Origin: Candidatus Latescibacterota bacterium
GTDB taxonomy: Bacteria; Latescibacterota; UBA2968; UBA8231
Assembly: GCA_965200315.1 (NCBI GenBank)
Contig: OZ241362.1
Span: forward strand, 1,248,001 to 1,312,000
Direction of reading: 5' to 3'
DNA length: 64,000 bases
Shown here: piece after piece, positions 1 through 8,110 of the stretch
Position numbering within the stretch: position 1 is the first letter of the stretch
How the letters are laid out: each line of letters opens with the position of its first letter
The notes under the pieces: generated by a model
The model's database searches: none
What the model saw: only the letters and a program-made list of their open reading frames with translations
Told to the model about the DNA's origin: nothing
Translations under genes and position numbers: made by a program

Positions 1-2337
1 TGCCCGGGGTGCCCGCACCGCGACTCGGCCAGCGTCCTCAAAAAAGCCGCAGCCGACTTGGCCACGCCGTCTGAGGGCCAAGCCCCGGTAGATTTGGTCT
101 TCCACGGCGACATTGGCTGCTATTCCATGCTCAAATACGCGCCGTTTTCCGAGCTGATGCACAATCTTTCCGGTATGGGCTTGGGCGGCGGCACCGGCGC
201 GGGCATCGATCCCTTCATCGACAACAAACAGGTCGTCTTCATGGGGGATTCGACTTTTTTTCACACCGGCATGATTGCCATCTCCGACTCCATCAAAAAC
301 GGCCAAGACATTACCTACATCATCCTCGACAACAAGACCACCGCCATGACCGGGCATCAGCCCACGCCAGGCGTGGACGTCGATGTGTTGGGTAAACCGA
401 CCTTTGCCCAAGACATCGAAAAAGCCGTCGCCGGCCTAGCGGGCGACTCGCCGACCTTTATCGCCCGCATGGATCCATCCCAACGCCAAAATTACGACGC
501 CCTCGTCCGCAAAACCTTACTCCGCGACGGGGTCAAAATCATCATCGCCGACAAGGAATGCGGCATTACCTACCACCGCCGCGAGCGGGCGCACCAGCGT
601 ACGGTCGCCAAAGAACAGGGCTTCCTGCCGGTCGAAAAGCACATCAACATCAGCGAAGAAGTCTGCGAGTACTGCCTCGAATGCACCCAAGCCACCGGCT
701 GTAGCGGCCTGACGGTCGCGGCCGACACCGAGTACGGCCCCAAGATTGCCATTGACCCTTCCTCTTGCGTTGCCGACGAAGCTTGCACCCGAGTCGAGGT
801 CGGCGATGGCGACAAAACCTGTCCTTCCTTTGAAGAGATTGCCGTCCATCGCAAAGCCCCTCCCACCGTCTCGACCCCGCCCATTGACGCCAGCGAGTTG
901 CCCGCGCCCCAACGCCGCCCTCTAACCGACATCTGGTACACCTATATAGCCGGGGTCGGCGGCATGGGCGTCAACGTGGTGGCCTCCGTGCTGGCCCAAG
1001 CCGGGGTGCGGCAGGGCTACGAAGTGCGGCTGACCAACAAGAAGGGGCTGGCCATCCGCAACGGCTCGGTCTATTCGCATTTGAGCTACGCGCCCAAGGG
1101 CACCCCGGTTTCCCCGCTAATTCCCTGCGGCAAGGCCGACTTGCTCCTCGGGCTCGACGTACTCGAAGCGGCGCGGGGCCTCGAACCCCAAGGCCGCTAC
1201 CGCATCGCCCACTCAGAGCGCACCGCCGCCATCGTCAACACCGCCAAGACCCCCACGATCGAGACCCTCATCGGCCAAGCGGACTTCTCGGCCGAAGCCC
1301 AAGCCGACCTCATCCGCCAACACACTCGTCCAGACGAGCACTTTGGCGCGAATCTCTTCGGCATATGCGAGCACTACTTGGGCAACAAACTCTACGCCAA
1401 CATCATGATGCTTGGCGTAGCCTTCCAGCGCGGGTTGCTCTCTCTAGAGCTAGACACCTTGCTCTGGGCCATAGGCCAAGCCGTGCGCCGCGACCTAGAG
1501 ACGAACCTAAAAGCCTTTAACATGGGCCGATACCTAGCGCTGGATCCAAACCATTTTCCGCTCGAAGAAAAATCACTTAGCTACCCCGAGCTCGTCGCCG
1601 ACAAAACCGCGCTGCTGGCCAAAAAGAAGGGCAAGCGCGTCGCGGCGGCCTACCGAGACCGCATCCGCGATACGCCCGTCGCCACAGCGCGGCGGCACTT
1701 CGCGCTGCGAGTGTACGACCTGATCCAATACGAAAACCTCGATTATGCTGACCGCTATATCCACCAAGTGCTTGCCGTGCAGGCCAAAGACGGGGCCGAG
1801 TTCGATTTCGCAGCCACCCGCACGGTCATCTATCAGCTCGCCAAAGTCCTCGCCATCAAGGACGAAATCTACGTGGCCTATCTCCTCACCTGCGAGGAAA
1901 AGTACCGCCGCGACCACATCCGCTACAACATCGACCCCAGCCGCGGCGACCGCATCCGCTATCGCCACCTGAACCGGCCGCATCTGCGCTTTTTGGGCCG
2001 CGACTTCCGCCCGGATCTCAAGCTAGGCGACAGGTCGCTGAAATGGGTCGCCCGCATGAAGTTCCTCCGCCGGCTCTGCTCCTCGTGGTGGCACCGCGAA
2101 GAGCGCGACTTCGCCGCTTGGTACGAAAACCTGATCGCCGATTTTTCCCCGCGCTCCGCAGACGAGTACCACACTTGGGTGCAAGTCCTGTCCCTGCCCG
2201 AGGAGGTGAGCGGCTACCGCGGCGTCCGGCAGCCCAAAATGGCGGCAGCCAAAAAGCGGGCCGATGAGTTGCTAGCCGGCCGCGATACCGCCCCGGACCC
2301 GGCGCTGTTGCAGATTTCCGCATCCACTGGAAGCTGA
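1..2337 (+). CDS. Indolepyruvate/2-oxoacid:ferredoxin oxidoreductase, fused alpha/beta type (5'-truncated by window)
   Basis: Frame is open from base 1 (CPGCPH motif). TPP-binding GDSTFFH...ILDNKTTAMTGHQ, ferredoxin CEYCLEC...GC, gamma-domain AGVGGMG, C-terminal KDEIYVA...GY (DUF6537-like). Confidence 0.9.
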   Translation, partial: CPGCPHRDSASVLKKAAADLATPSEGQAPVDLVFHGDIGCYSMLKYAPFSELMHNLSGMGLGGGTGAGIDPFIDNKQVVFMGDSTFFHTGMIAISDSIKNGQDITYIILDNKTTAMTGHQPTPGVDVDVLGKPTFAQDIEKAVAGLAGDSPTFIARMDPSQRQNYDALVRKTLLRDGVKIIIADKECGITYHRRERAHQRTVAKEQGFLPVEKHINISEEVCEYCLECTQATGCSGLTVAADTEYGPKIAIDPSSCVADEACTRVEVGDGDKTCPSFEEIAVHRKAPPTVSTPPIDASELPAPQRRPLTDIWYTYIAGVGGMGVNVVASVLAQAGVRQGYEVRLTNKKGLAIRNGSVYSHLSYAPKGTPVSPLIPCGKADLLLGLDVLEAARGLEPQGRYRIAHSERTAAIVNTAKTPTIETLIGQADFSAEAQADLIRQHTRPDEHFGANLFGICEHYLGNKLYANIMMLGVAFQRGLLSLELDTLLWAIGQAVRRDLETNLKAFNMGRYLALDPNHFPLEEKSLSYPELVADKTALLAKKKGKRVAAAYRDRIRDTPVATARRHFALRVYDLIQYENLDYADRYIHQVLAVQAKDGAEFDFAATRTVIYQLAKVLAIKDEIYVAYLLTCEEKYRRDHIRYNIDPSRGDRIRYRHLNRPHLRFLGRDFRPDLKLGDRSLKWVARMKFLRRLCSSWWHREERDFAAWYENLIADFSPRSADEYHTWVQVLSLPEEVSGYRGVRQPKMAAAKKRADELLAGRDTAPDPALLQISASTGS

Positions 2338-2341
2338 CCTC

Positions 2342-2809
2342 GTGATTCGCCCCTATCGCCCAGCGGACTTGCCCGCGCTCAAGCACATCACGGCCGTCTG
2401 CTTCCCTAGCGTATCCATCGACCACAACATCGAGCAGCGCTTCGGGCTAATCGGCGGGCGCGACTGGCAATTTCGCAAGCTGCGCCACATTGACGACGAT
2501 GTGGCCGGAGAGCGGGCCAGTGGCGTCTTTGTGTGGGAGGAAGACGGCGAGGTCGTCGGCTACATCACCACTCGCATCGACCGCGAGAGCAAAATCGGCG
2601 GGGTCCCCAACCTCGCCGTCCTGCCACACTGCCAGGGCAAAGGCATGGGCCGCCAGCTCCTAGAACACGGCTTAGCGCACCTGCGCGCCGCTGGCATGGA
2701 GTGCGCCAAGATCGAGACGCTGGCGCAAAACCCCATCGGCGCACACCTGTATCCCAGCCTCGGCTTTGAGGAAGTCGCCCGCCAGATCCACTATTGCACC
2801 CGCCTCTAA
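2342..2809 (+). CDS. GNAT family N-acetyltransferase
   Basis: LAVLPHCQGKGMG acetyl-CoA motif A, N..GAHLY.SLGF motif B; 155 aa. Confidence 0.85.
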   Translation: MIRPYRPADLPALKHITAVCFPSVSIDHNIEQRFGLIGGRDWQFRKLRHIDDDVAGERASGVFVWEEDGEVVGYITTRIDRESKIGGVPNLAVLPHCQGKGMGRQLLEHGLAHLRAAGMECAKIETLAQNPIGAHLYPSLGFEEVARQIHYCTRL

Positions 2810-2821
2810 GTTGGTAGTGCC

Positions 2822-3502
2822 ATGACGCCGAAAGAAGCCGCTGGCCGCCGTGCCGCCGAGTACATTGAAGCTGGTATGATCGTGGGCTTGGGCACTGGCT
2901 CGACTACTGAATGGGCCATCCGCGCCCTCGGAGAACGCGTCGCGGCCGGGCTAGCGGTTAAGGCCATCCCCACCTCGGAAGCCACGGCCACCTTGGCCCG
3001 CTCCCTCGACATTGAACTGACGACGCTCGCCGAGGTGTCCAGCGTCGATTTGACCATTGACGGGGCCGACGAGATAGATCCCAACATCGACTTAATCAAG
3101 GGCCTAGGCGGCGCGCTCTTGCGCGAGAAAGTCGTCGCCTCCATCACCGCGCATCAAATCATTGTCGCCGATCCATCCAAGCTAGTTGACCAGCTCGGCA
3201 CCAAGGCCCCGCTGCCGGTCGAAGTCGTCCCTTGGTCTCATCCCCTGATCGCGCGGTGCCTCCAAGAGCGGGGCCTCGCCCCAGCCTTGCGCTTGCGCGC
3301 CCCAGACATCCCGTATGTCACCGACAACGGCAACTTTGTCATCGACGCTCGCTTTCCCGAGGGGATCGACGACGCCCGCACCACCGAGCGCTGGCTCAAC
3401 GCCTTGCCCGGGGTCGTGGAAAATGGGCTTTTCCTCGCAATGACCCATCTCGTGATCGTCGGCCAAGACGACGGCTCCTGCCACCTGCTCAACAAAAGCT
3501 GA
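2822..3502 (+). CDS. rpiA: Ribose-5-phosphate isomerase A
   Basis: GLGTGST, DGADE, IKGLGGALLREK, TDNGN and PGVVENGLF signature motifs. Confidence 0.96.
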   Translation: MTPKEAAGRRAAEYIEAGMIVGLGTGSTTEWAIRALGERVAAGLAVKAIPTSEATATLARSLDIELTTLAEVSSVDLTIDGADEIDPNIDLIKGLGGALLREKVVASITAHQIIVADPSKLVDQLGTKAPLPVEVVPWSHPLIARCLQERGLAPALRLRAPDIPYVTDNGNFVIDARFPEGIDDARTTERWLNALPGVVENGLFLAMTHLVIVGQDDGSCHLLNKS

Positions 3503-3509
3503 GGTTCCC

Positions 3510-4634
3510 ATGCAACATTCCGCCCCACGCTCGCGCCGCTCCTTTCTGCAAAGCGCACCGCTACTGGCGGCCGGCAGCTTGGCCGCCTGTGGCCAAGCCG
3601 AACAGCAAGCGGCCCCCGCGGTCCAATCCCAACAGCGCTTCAAGTGGAAGATGGTCACCACGTGGCCCAAGGACTTTCCAGCCTTGGGCACCGGGGCAAA
3701 CAATCTCGCCCGCAGCATTGCGGCCCTGTCCGATGGACGCCTGCAAGTCAAGGTGTACGGTGCCGGGGAGTTGGTGCCGGCCTCGGGCGTATTCGACGCG
3801 GTCTCCGGCGGCACGGCCGAGATGGGCCACGGAGCCGCTTACTACTGGAAGGGCAAGCACGAGGCGACCCAGTTTTTCTCGGCCGTCCCCTTTGGGCTAA
3901 ACGCGGCCGAGATCAACGGCTGGCTGCGCTATGGCGGCGGCCAGAGCCTGTGGGACGAACTCTACGCCCCCTTCAACCTCCGTGCCTTTCCCGTCGGCAA
4001 CACCGGTGTGCAGATGGGCGGTTGGTTCAACCGGGAAATCAACACCCTAGCCGACTTCTCTGGTTTGGTCATGCGGATGCCGGGCTTGGGCGGCGAGGTC
4101 TTGCGCCGCCTCAAAGTCACGGTCAAAGCCCTGCCCGGCGGCGAGATTTTCCAAGCCCTCAAGACCGGCGCCATCGACGCCACTGAATGGGTCGGCCCGT
4201 ACAACGATCTCGCCTTTGGGCTACACCAAGCCGCCCAATACTACTACTGGCCGGGCTGGCACGAGCCGGGAACCGCGCTAGAGTGCATGGTCAACAAACA
4301 AGCCTTGGAGGCCCTTCCCGCAGACCTCCAAGCCGTCGTCGCATACGCCTGCCAAGCAGCCAACGACGACATGCTCAGCGAATTTACCGCGCGCAACAGC
4401 CACGCCCTCAAGACCTTGGTTGACGAACACGGCGTCCAACTTCGGCGTTTTCCCGACGAACTCTTGGCGCAAATCGGCAAAGTATCCGCTGAAGTAGTCG
4501 CCGAGATCGCGGGCCAAGACCCCCTTTCCAGCCGGGTCTATAGCTCGTTTGACGCCTTCCGCAAAAACACTATCGCGTACACGCGCATCTCCGAGCAAGC
4601 CTATACCGAGGCCCGCGCCCTGACCTTTGGCTGA
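3510..4634 (+). CDS. dctP: TRAP transporter substrate-binding protein (TakP/alpha-keto acid-like subfamily), Tat lipoprotein
   Basis: SRRSFL twin-arginine motif plus LAAC lipobox; WKMVTTWP, GNTGVQMGGWFNREI, MRMPGLGG, DATEWVGPYND, YYWPGWHEPG. Confidence 0.92.
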   Translation: MQHSAPRSRRSFLQSAPLLAAGSLAACGQAEQQAAPAVQSQQRFKWKMVTTWPKDFPALGTGANNLARSIAALSDGRLQVKVYGAGELVPASGVFDAVSGGTAEMGHGAAYYWKGKHEATQFFSAVPFGLNAAEINGWLRYGGGQSLWDELYAPFNLRAFPVGNTGVQMGGWFNREINTLADFSGLVMRMPGLGGEVLRRLKVTVKALPGGEIFQALKTGAIDATEWVGPYNDLAFGLHQAAQYYYWPGWHEPGTALECMVNKQALEALPADLQAVVAYACQAANDDMLSEFTARNSHALKTLVDEHGVQLRRFPDELLAQIGKVSAEVVAEIAGQDPLSSRVYSSFDAFRKNTIAYTRISEQAYTEARALTFG

Positions 4635-4641
4635 CGCTCGC

Positions 4642-5118
4642 ATGGAACGTCTCAACCGCTTCATCGCCCACACCGTACCTTGGCTGACGCTGGGCATGGT
4701 CTTGGTGACTTTTATCGTCGTGGTCTTGCGCTACCTCTTTGGGCGCGGCTGGGTCTGGATGCAGGAAATAGCCCTGTACATGCACGCCTTTACCTTCCTC
4801 CTCGCGGCCAGCTACACCCTCGCGCACGACGAGCACGTCCGCGTCGATATCCTCTACCGGCCCTTGGGCGTCCGGCGCAAGGCCCTAGTCAATCTCTTGG
4901 GCTGCGCGCTGCTGCTGATTCCCTGCTGCGCGCTGCTGTTCTACCAGTCGCTGCCCTTTGTCGCCGACTCTTGGGCCGTGCTCGAAGGCTCCCAAGACGG
5001 CGGCGGCTTGGAGGCGGTCTATCTGCTCAAAACCGCCATTCCCCTGTGCTTCGCGCTGCTGTTTTTGCAAGCCCTAGCCATCATTCACCACAGCGTACAA
5101 ACCCTTCGCACCCAATGA
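4642..5118 (+). CDS. dctQ: TRAP transporter small permease
   Basis: About 4 TM helices, HVRVDILY motif; ATG at 4642 (alternative TTG at 4627); lies between dctP and dctM. Confidence 0.9.
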   Translation: MERLNRFIAHTVPWLTLGMVLVTFIVVVLRYLFGRGWVWMQEIALYMHAFTFLLAASYTLAHDEHVRVDILYRPLGVRRKALVNLLGCALLLIPCCALLFYQSLPFVADSWAVLEGSQDGGGLEAVYLLKTAIPLCFALLFLQALAIIHHSVQTLRTQ

Positions 5119-6509
5119 GCGAATTCGCGCCGCTGGCCATGTTCCTCTGCACCTTCGCGGTGCTGCTCTCCGGCTTCCCAGTGGCCTTTTGCCTCGCGGG
5201 TACGGCCCTCGGCTTTGCCGGCCTCGGCGTCCTCACCGGCCACTTTGACGCGGCCTTTCTCTCGGCTTTGCCGGCCCGCATCTACGGCATCATGGCCAAC
5301 GAGACCCTGATGGCCGTGCCGCTGTTCGTCTTTATGGGGGTCGTGCTAGAGCGCTCAAAAATCGCCGAGGACCTGCTCGAAACCATGGCCCAACTCTGCG
5401 GCAGCTTGTGCGGGGGGCTGGGGATTTCGGTCTGCCTCGTCGGCGGCCTGTTGGCCGCTTCCACCGGCATCGTCGGCGCGACGGTCGTCACCATGGGGCT
5501 TATTTCGCTGCCGGCCATGCTCAAACGCGCATACTCCCCAGCGGTTGCCACGGGCATCATCTGCGCTTCGGGGACGCTCGGTCAGATCATTCCGCCCAGC
5601 ATTGTGCTCGTCATCCTCGGCGACGTGGTCTCCTCGGCGCACCAGCAGGCCCAGCTCAAAATGGGCAATTTCGCCCCGATCTCGGTGTCAGTCGGCGACC
5701 TCTTTATGGGCGCACTCGTGCCCGGCTGCGTACTGATGGGCCTCTACATCCTCTATATAGTCGGCCTCGGCCTCCTCAAGCCATCCACCATGCCAGCCGT
5801 GCCAGCCGCACAGCGCGCACAGATTCTCAGCGCGGCCTTCCTCGGGCGTCTCGGCGCAGCGCTCGTGCCGCCCCTAGTCCTCATCTGCGGGGTGCTCGGC
5901 TCCATTCTCTTCGGAGTGGCTACGCCGACCGAGGCGGCTTCGGTTGGCGCGGTGGGTGCCATGCTCTTGTCGCTGGCCAAAGGACATTTCAATCGCGCCA
6001 TGCTCAAAGAAGTCATGCGCACCACCACCACAATCAACGCCATGGTCTTTACCATCCTCATCGGCGCAAGCGTGTTTTCGCTGGTCTTTCGCGGCTACGG
6101 GGGCGACGAAGCGGTTGAGAGCTTTCTGACCCATGAGGCGACCGGCGGCGTGGTCGGCTCTTTCGCGCTGGTGATGGCCGTGATGTTTTTGCTCGGCTTC
6201 TTTCTCGACTTCTTCGAGATCATCTTCGTCGTCGTCCCCATCGTCGGCCCGATCCTCCTCGCGATGGGCTTGGATCCCGTGTGGTTGGGCGTGATGATCG
6301 CCCTGAACTTGCAGACCTCTTTTCTCACGCCCCCGTTTGGCTTCTCGCTCTTTTACCTGCGCGGCGTCGCCCCTCCTCAGATTAGCACGCCGCAGATCTA
6401 CCGAGGAGCTGTGCCCTTTATCGCCATTCAGGTGCTGCTGTTAGTGGGGCTGTGGTTCGTGCCGGAGCTGGCAACTGAACTGCCGGCGCACGTGTTTGGA
6501 CGAGGGTAG
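5115..6509 (+). CDS. dctM: TRAP transporter large permease
   Basis: ATG at 5115 overlaps the dctQ stop (ATGA); GTLGQIIPPSI, ATPTEAA and QTSFLTPPFG motifs; many TM helices. Confidence 0.93.
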   Translation: MSEFAPLAMFLCTFAVLLSGFPVAFCLAGTALGFAGLGVLTGHFDAAFLSALPARIYGIMANETLMAVPLFVFMGVVLERSKIAEDLLETMAQLCGSLCGGLGISVCLVGGLLAASTGIVGATVVTMGLISLPAMLKRAYSPAVATGIICASGTLGQIIPPSIVLVILGDVVSSAHQQAQLKMGNFAPISVSVGDLFMGALVPGCVLMGLYILYIVGLGLLKPSTMPAVPAAQRAQILSAAFLGRLGAALVPPLVLICGVLGSILFGVATPTEAASVGAVGAMLLSLAKGHFNRAMLKEVMRTTTTINAMVFTILIGASVFSLVFRGYGGDEAVESFLTHEATGGVVGSFALVMAVMFLLGFFLDFFEIIFVVVPIVGPILLAMGLDPVWLGVMIALNLQTSFLTPPFGFSLFYLRGVAPPQISTPQIYRGAVPFIAIQVLLLVGLWFVPELATELPAHVFGRG

Positions 6510-6585
6510 ATTAGGGCTTGCAGGCGATGTTGATGCCCAAGAGTAGTATCAAGGTGTTTGCTGGGATTTGCATCGCCAGCATCAG

Positions 6586-6692
6586 CGACCATCTGGTCGA
6601 ATTTTTGGCTTTAGTCTAATGAATCATATATGGCACAAAAACAGTATGTTATGGAATTTTGACAATGCGCCCGTCGACCAAATGGTCGAATT
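6586..6692. promoter_or_regulatory. Two copies of palindrome CGACCA-N2-TGGTCG (putative activator/operator sites)
   Basis: CGACCATCTGGTCGAATT at 6586 and TCGACCAAATGGTCGAATT at 6674, separated by an AT-rich spacer. Confidence 0.55.
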
Positions 6693-6789
6693 CGCCGCCC
6701 TGAGCTCCGCGGCACTTTTACACAACGAGAGGTTTTCGCCCTCTGTAAGACGACATTTTGCAAAGAAAATGCTCCAACGTGGCACAGAA

Positions 6790-7160
6790 TTTCAACGGCG
6801 ATGGCGTAAACGACATCACCGGCGAAAAGTACGGCCCGCACGGGCTCAAGGGCTATCGCTTTGGCCGCATCTTTGAAGAGCGCCGGCACCGGGTCAAGCA
6901 ATTCCGCGACGCCGATGGCGACGGCATGCACGACCCGCTCAAGCGGCTGCACCAGCGGCTGAGCACTCTAAAACGGCGGATGGATTTTTTCCTCGACGAG
7001 GACGGCGACGGCATTGACGACGCCCGCCTTTTGCGCCGCCTCTTGCGGCATCCGGACGAGCGCGTGCACGACCTCGCCAAAAAACGCCTCCAGCGCCGTC
7101 GCGTACCCCTAGAGCTAAAAAAGGCGAGCACAAAAAGCGCAAAATCCAAAAGGAGCATAA
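6790..7160 (+). pseudogene. Remnant of an exported protein with FxDxDGDGIxD (EF-hand-like) repeats; N-terminus missing
   Basis: NFNGDGVND, FRDADGDGMHD and FLDEDGDGIDD in one frame; no credible start codon or signal peptide. Confidence 0.55.
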
Positions 7161-7739
7161 ATGAGGTCCCTACTGGCCTGTCTAGTCGCGCTGATTTCCA
7201 CAGCCGACGCCCAAGTCGCCCTCAACGCCGATCTGTACACTACCTATACGGACAATGTTTTTCTCACGGCCAGCCAGCGCAGCGATCTGATCCAGTCAGC
7301 CTATATCGACTTCGACTACCAACTCGACGCCGACTTGAGCTTGTACTACGCGGGCAACGCCAACGTATTCAGCGAAAACGCCGAGCTTTTCAACCATTTG
7401 CACAGCTTGGGCGCGGCGGGTCTGTTCTTTGCCGGTGCCGCACTGAGCCTGCGCTTGGACCGCCCGCTCTACAACTACCACGACTTTGCCGCTGGCCGGG
7501 CCTTTGCCAGCTTTGAGCCGTATCTACACTCAGCGCTGATCTGCCGCCTAGACTACACCCTCAACTACCAAAACTTTCTCAACGCCACCGACTACAACTA
7601 CCGAGAACAGCATCTCAACGCCGAGCTAACCCACCACCTGCCTACCCGCACCACCTTACTGCTAAACGGCGAGCTGGGCCTTAAGTCCTACCTACAAGAA
7701 ACCACCCAGCCCAGCCGCAACCCGCTTATATGGACTTGA
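7161..7739 (+). pseudogene. Truncated outer-membrane beta-barrel-like protein
   Basis: AGGAG RBS, signal peptide, YTDNVF motif and alternating aromatic beta strands; ends abruptly at about 190 aa against an oppositely oriented fragment. Confidence 0.55.
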
Positions 7740-8007
7740 TCGAGGGCGTTGTCTAGCAGCCGTTCCCCGCCCAACTCTTCCATGTCGCCTTCGGCGCGGA
7801 GCACATTCTCCTCGGCGCGAGAAACCGCTTCGGCCAGCGACCGCCCCCCGCGTTCGAGGGTCCCAAGGTCGATTGCTGCGACTGCCGCAGGCCGTAGAGC
7901 GCAAAAGCCCCCAACACCAAGGCCAGCACCACAAATAGCAACGCCAGATAACCCGGCCGGAGCGCTGCTAACTTCCGCGCCGGGAATCGCCGCTTAGGCT
8001 CGGCCAT
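7737..8007 (-). pseudogene. N-terminal fragment of a sensor histidine kinase (frameshifted, truncated)
   Basis: MAEPKRR...GYLALLFVVLALVLGAFALYG TM helix, then after a frameshift TLERGGRSLAEAVSRAEENVLRAEGDMEELGGERLLDNA; no kinase core. The family call is inference. Confidence 0.45.
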
Positions 8008-8110
8008 CCCGTCTTCTGTACTCCTCGGCTTGTGAAGTGGAAACGCCACCGCAGGGGATGGCTCGCCGCACTTCTTACTATCTGCGAGGCCAAGTGGGTA
8101 GCCCGCTAGC

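Noticed and set aside
4680-5114. Fused DctQM implied by the 609-aa ORF
   Set aside because: The upstream part overlaps dctQ in another frame and is not protein-like; the real dctM start is the ATGA overlap at 5115.
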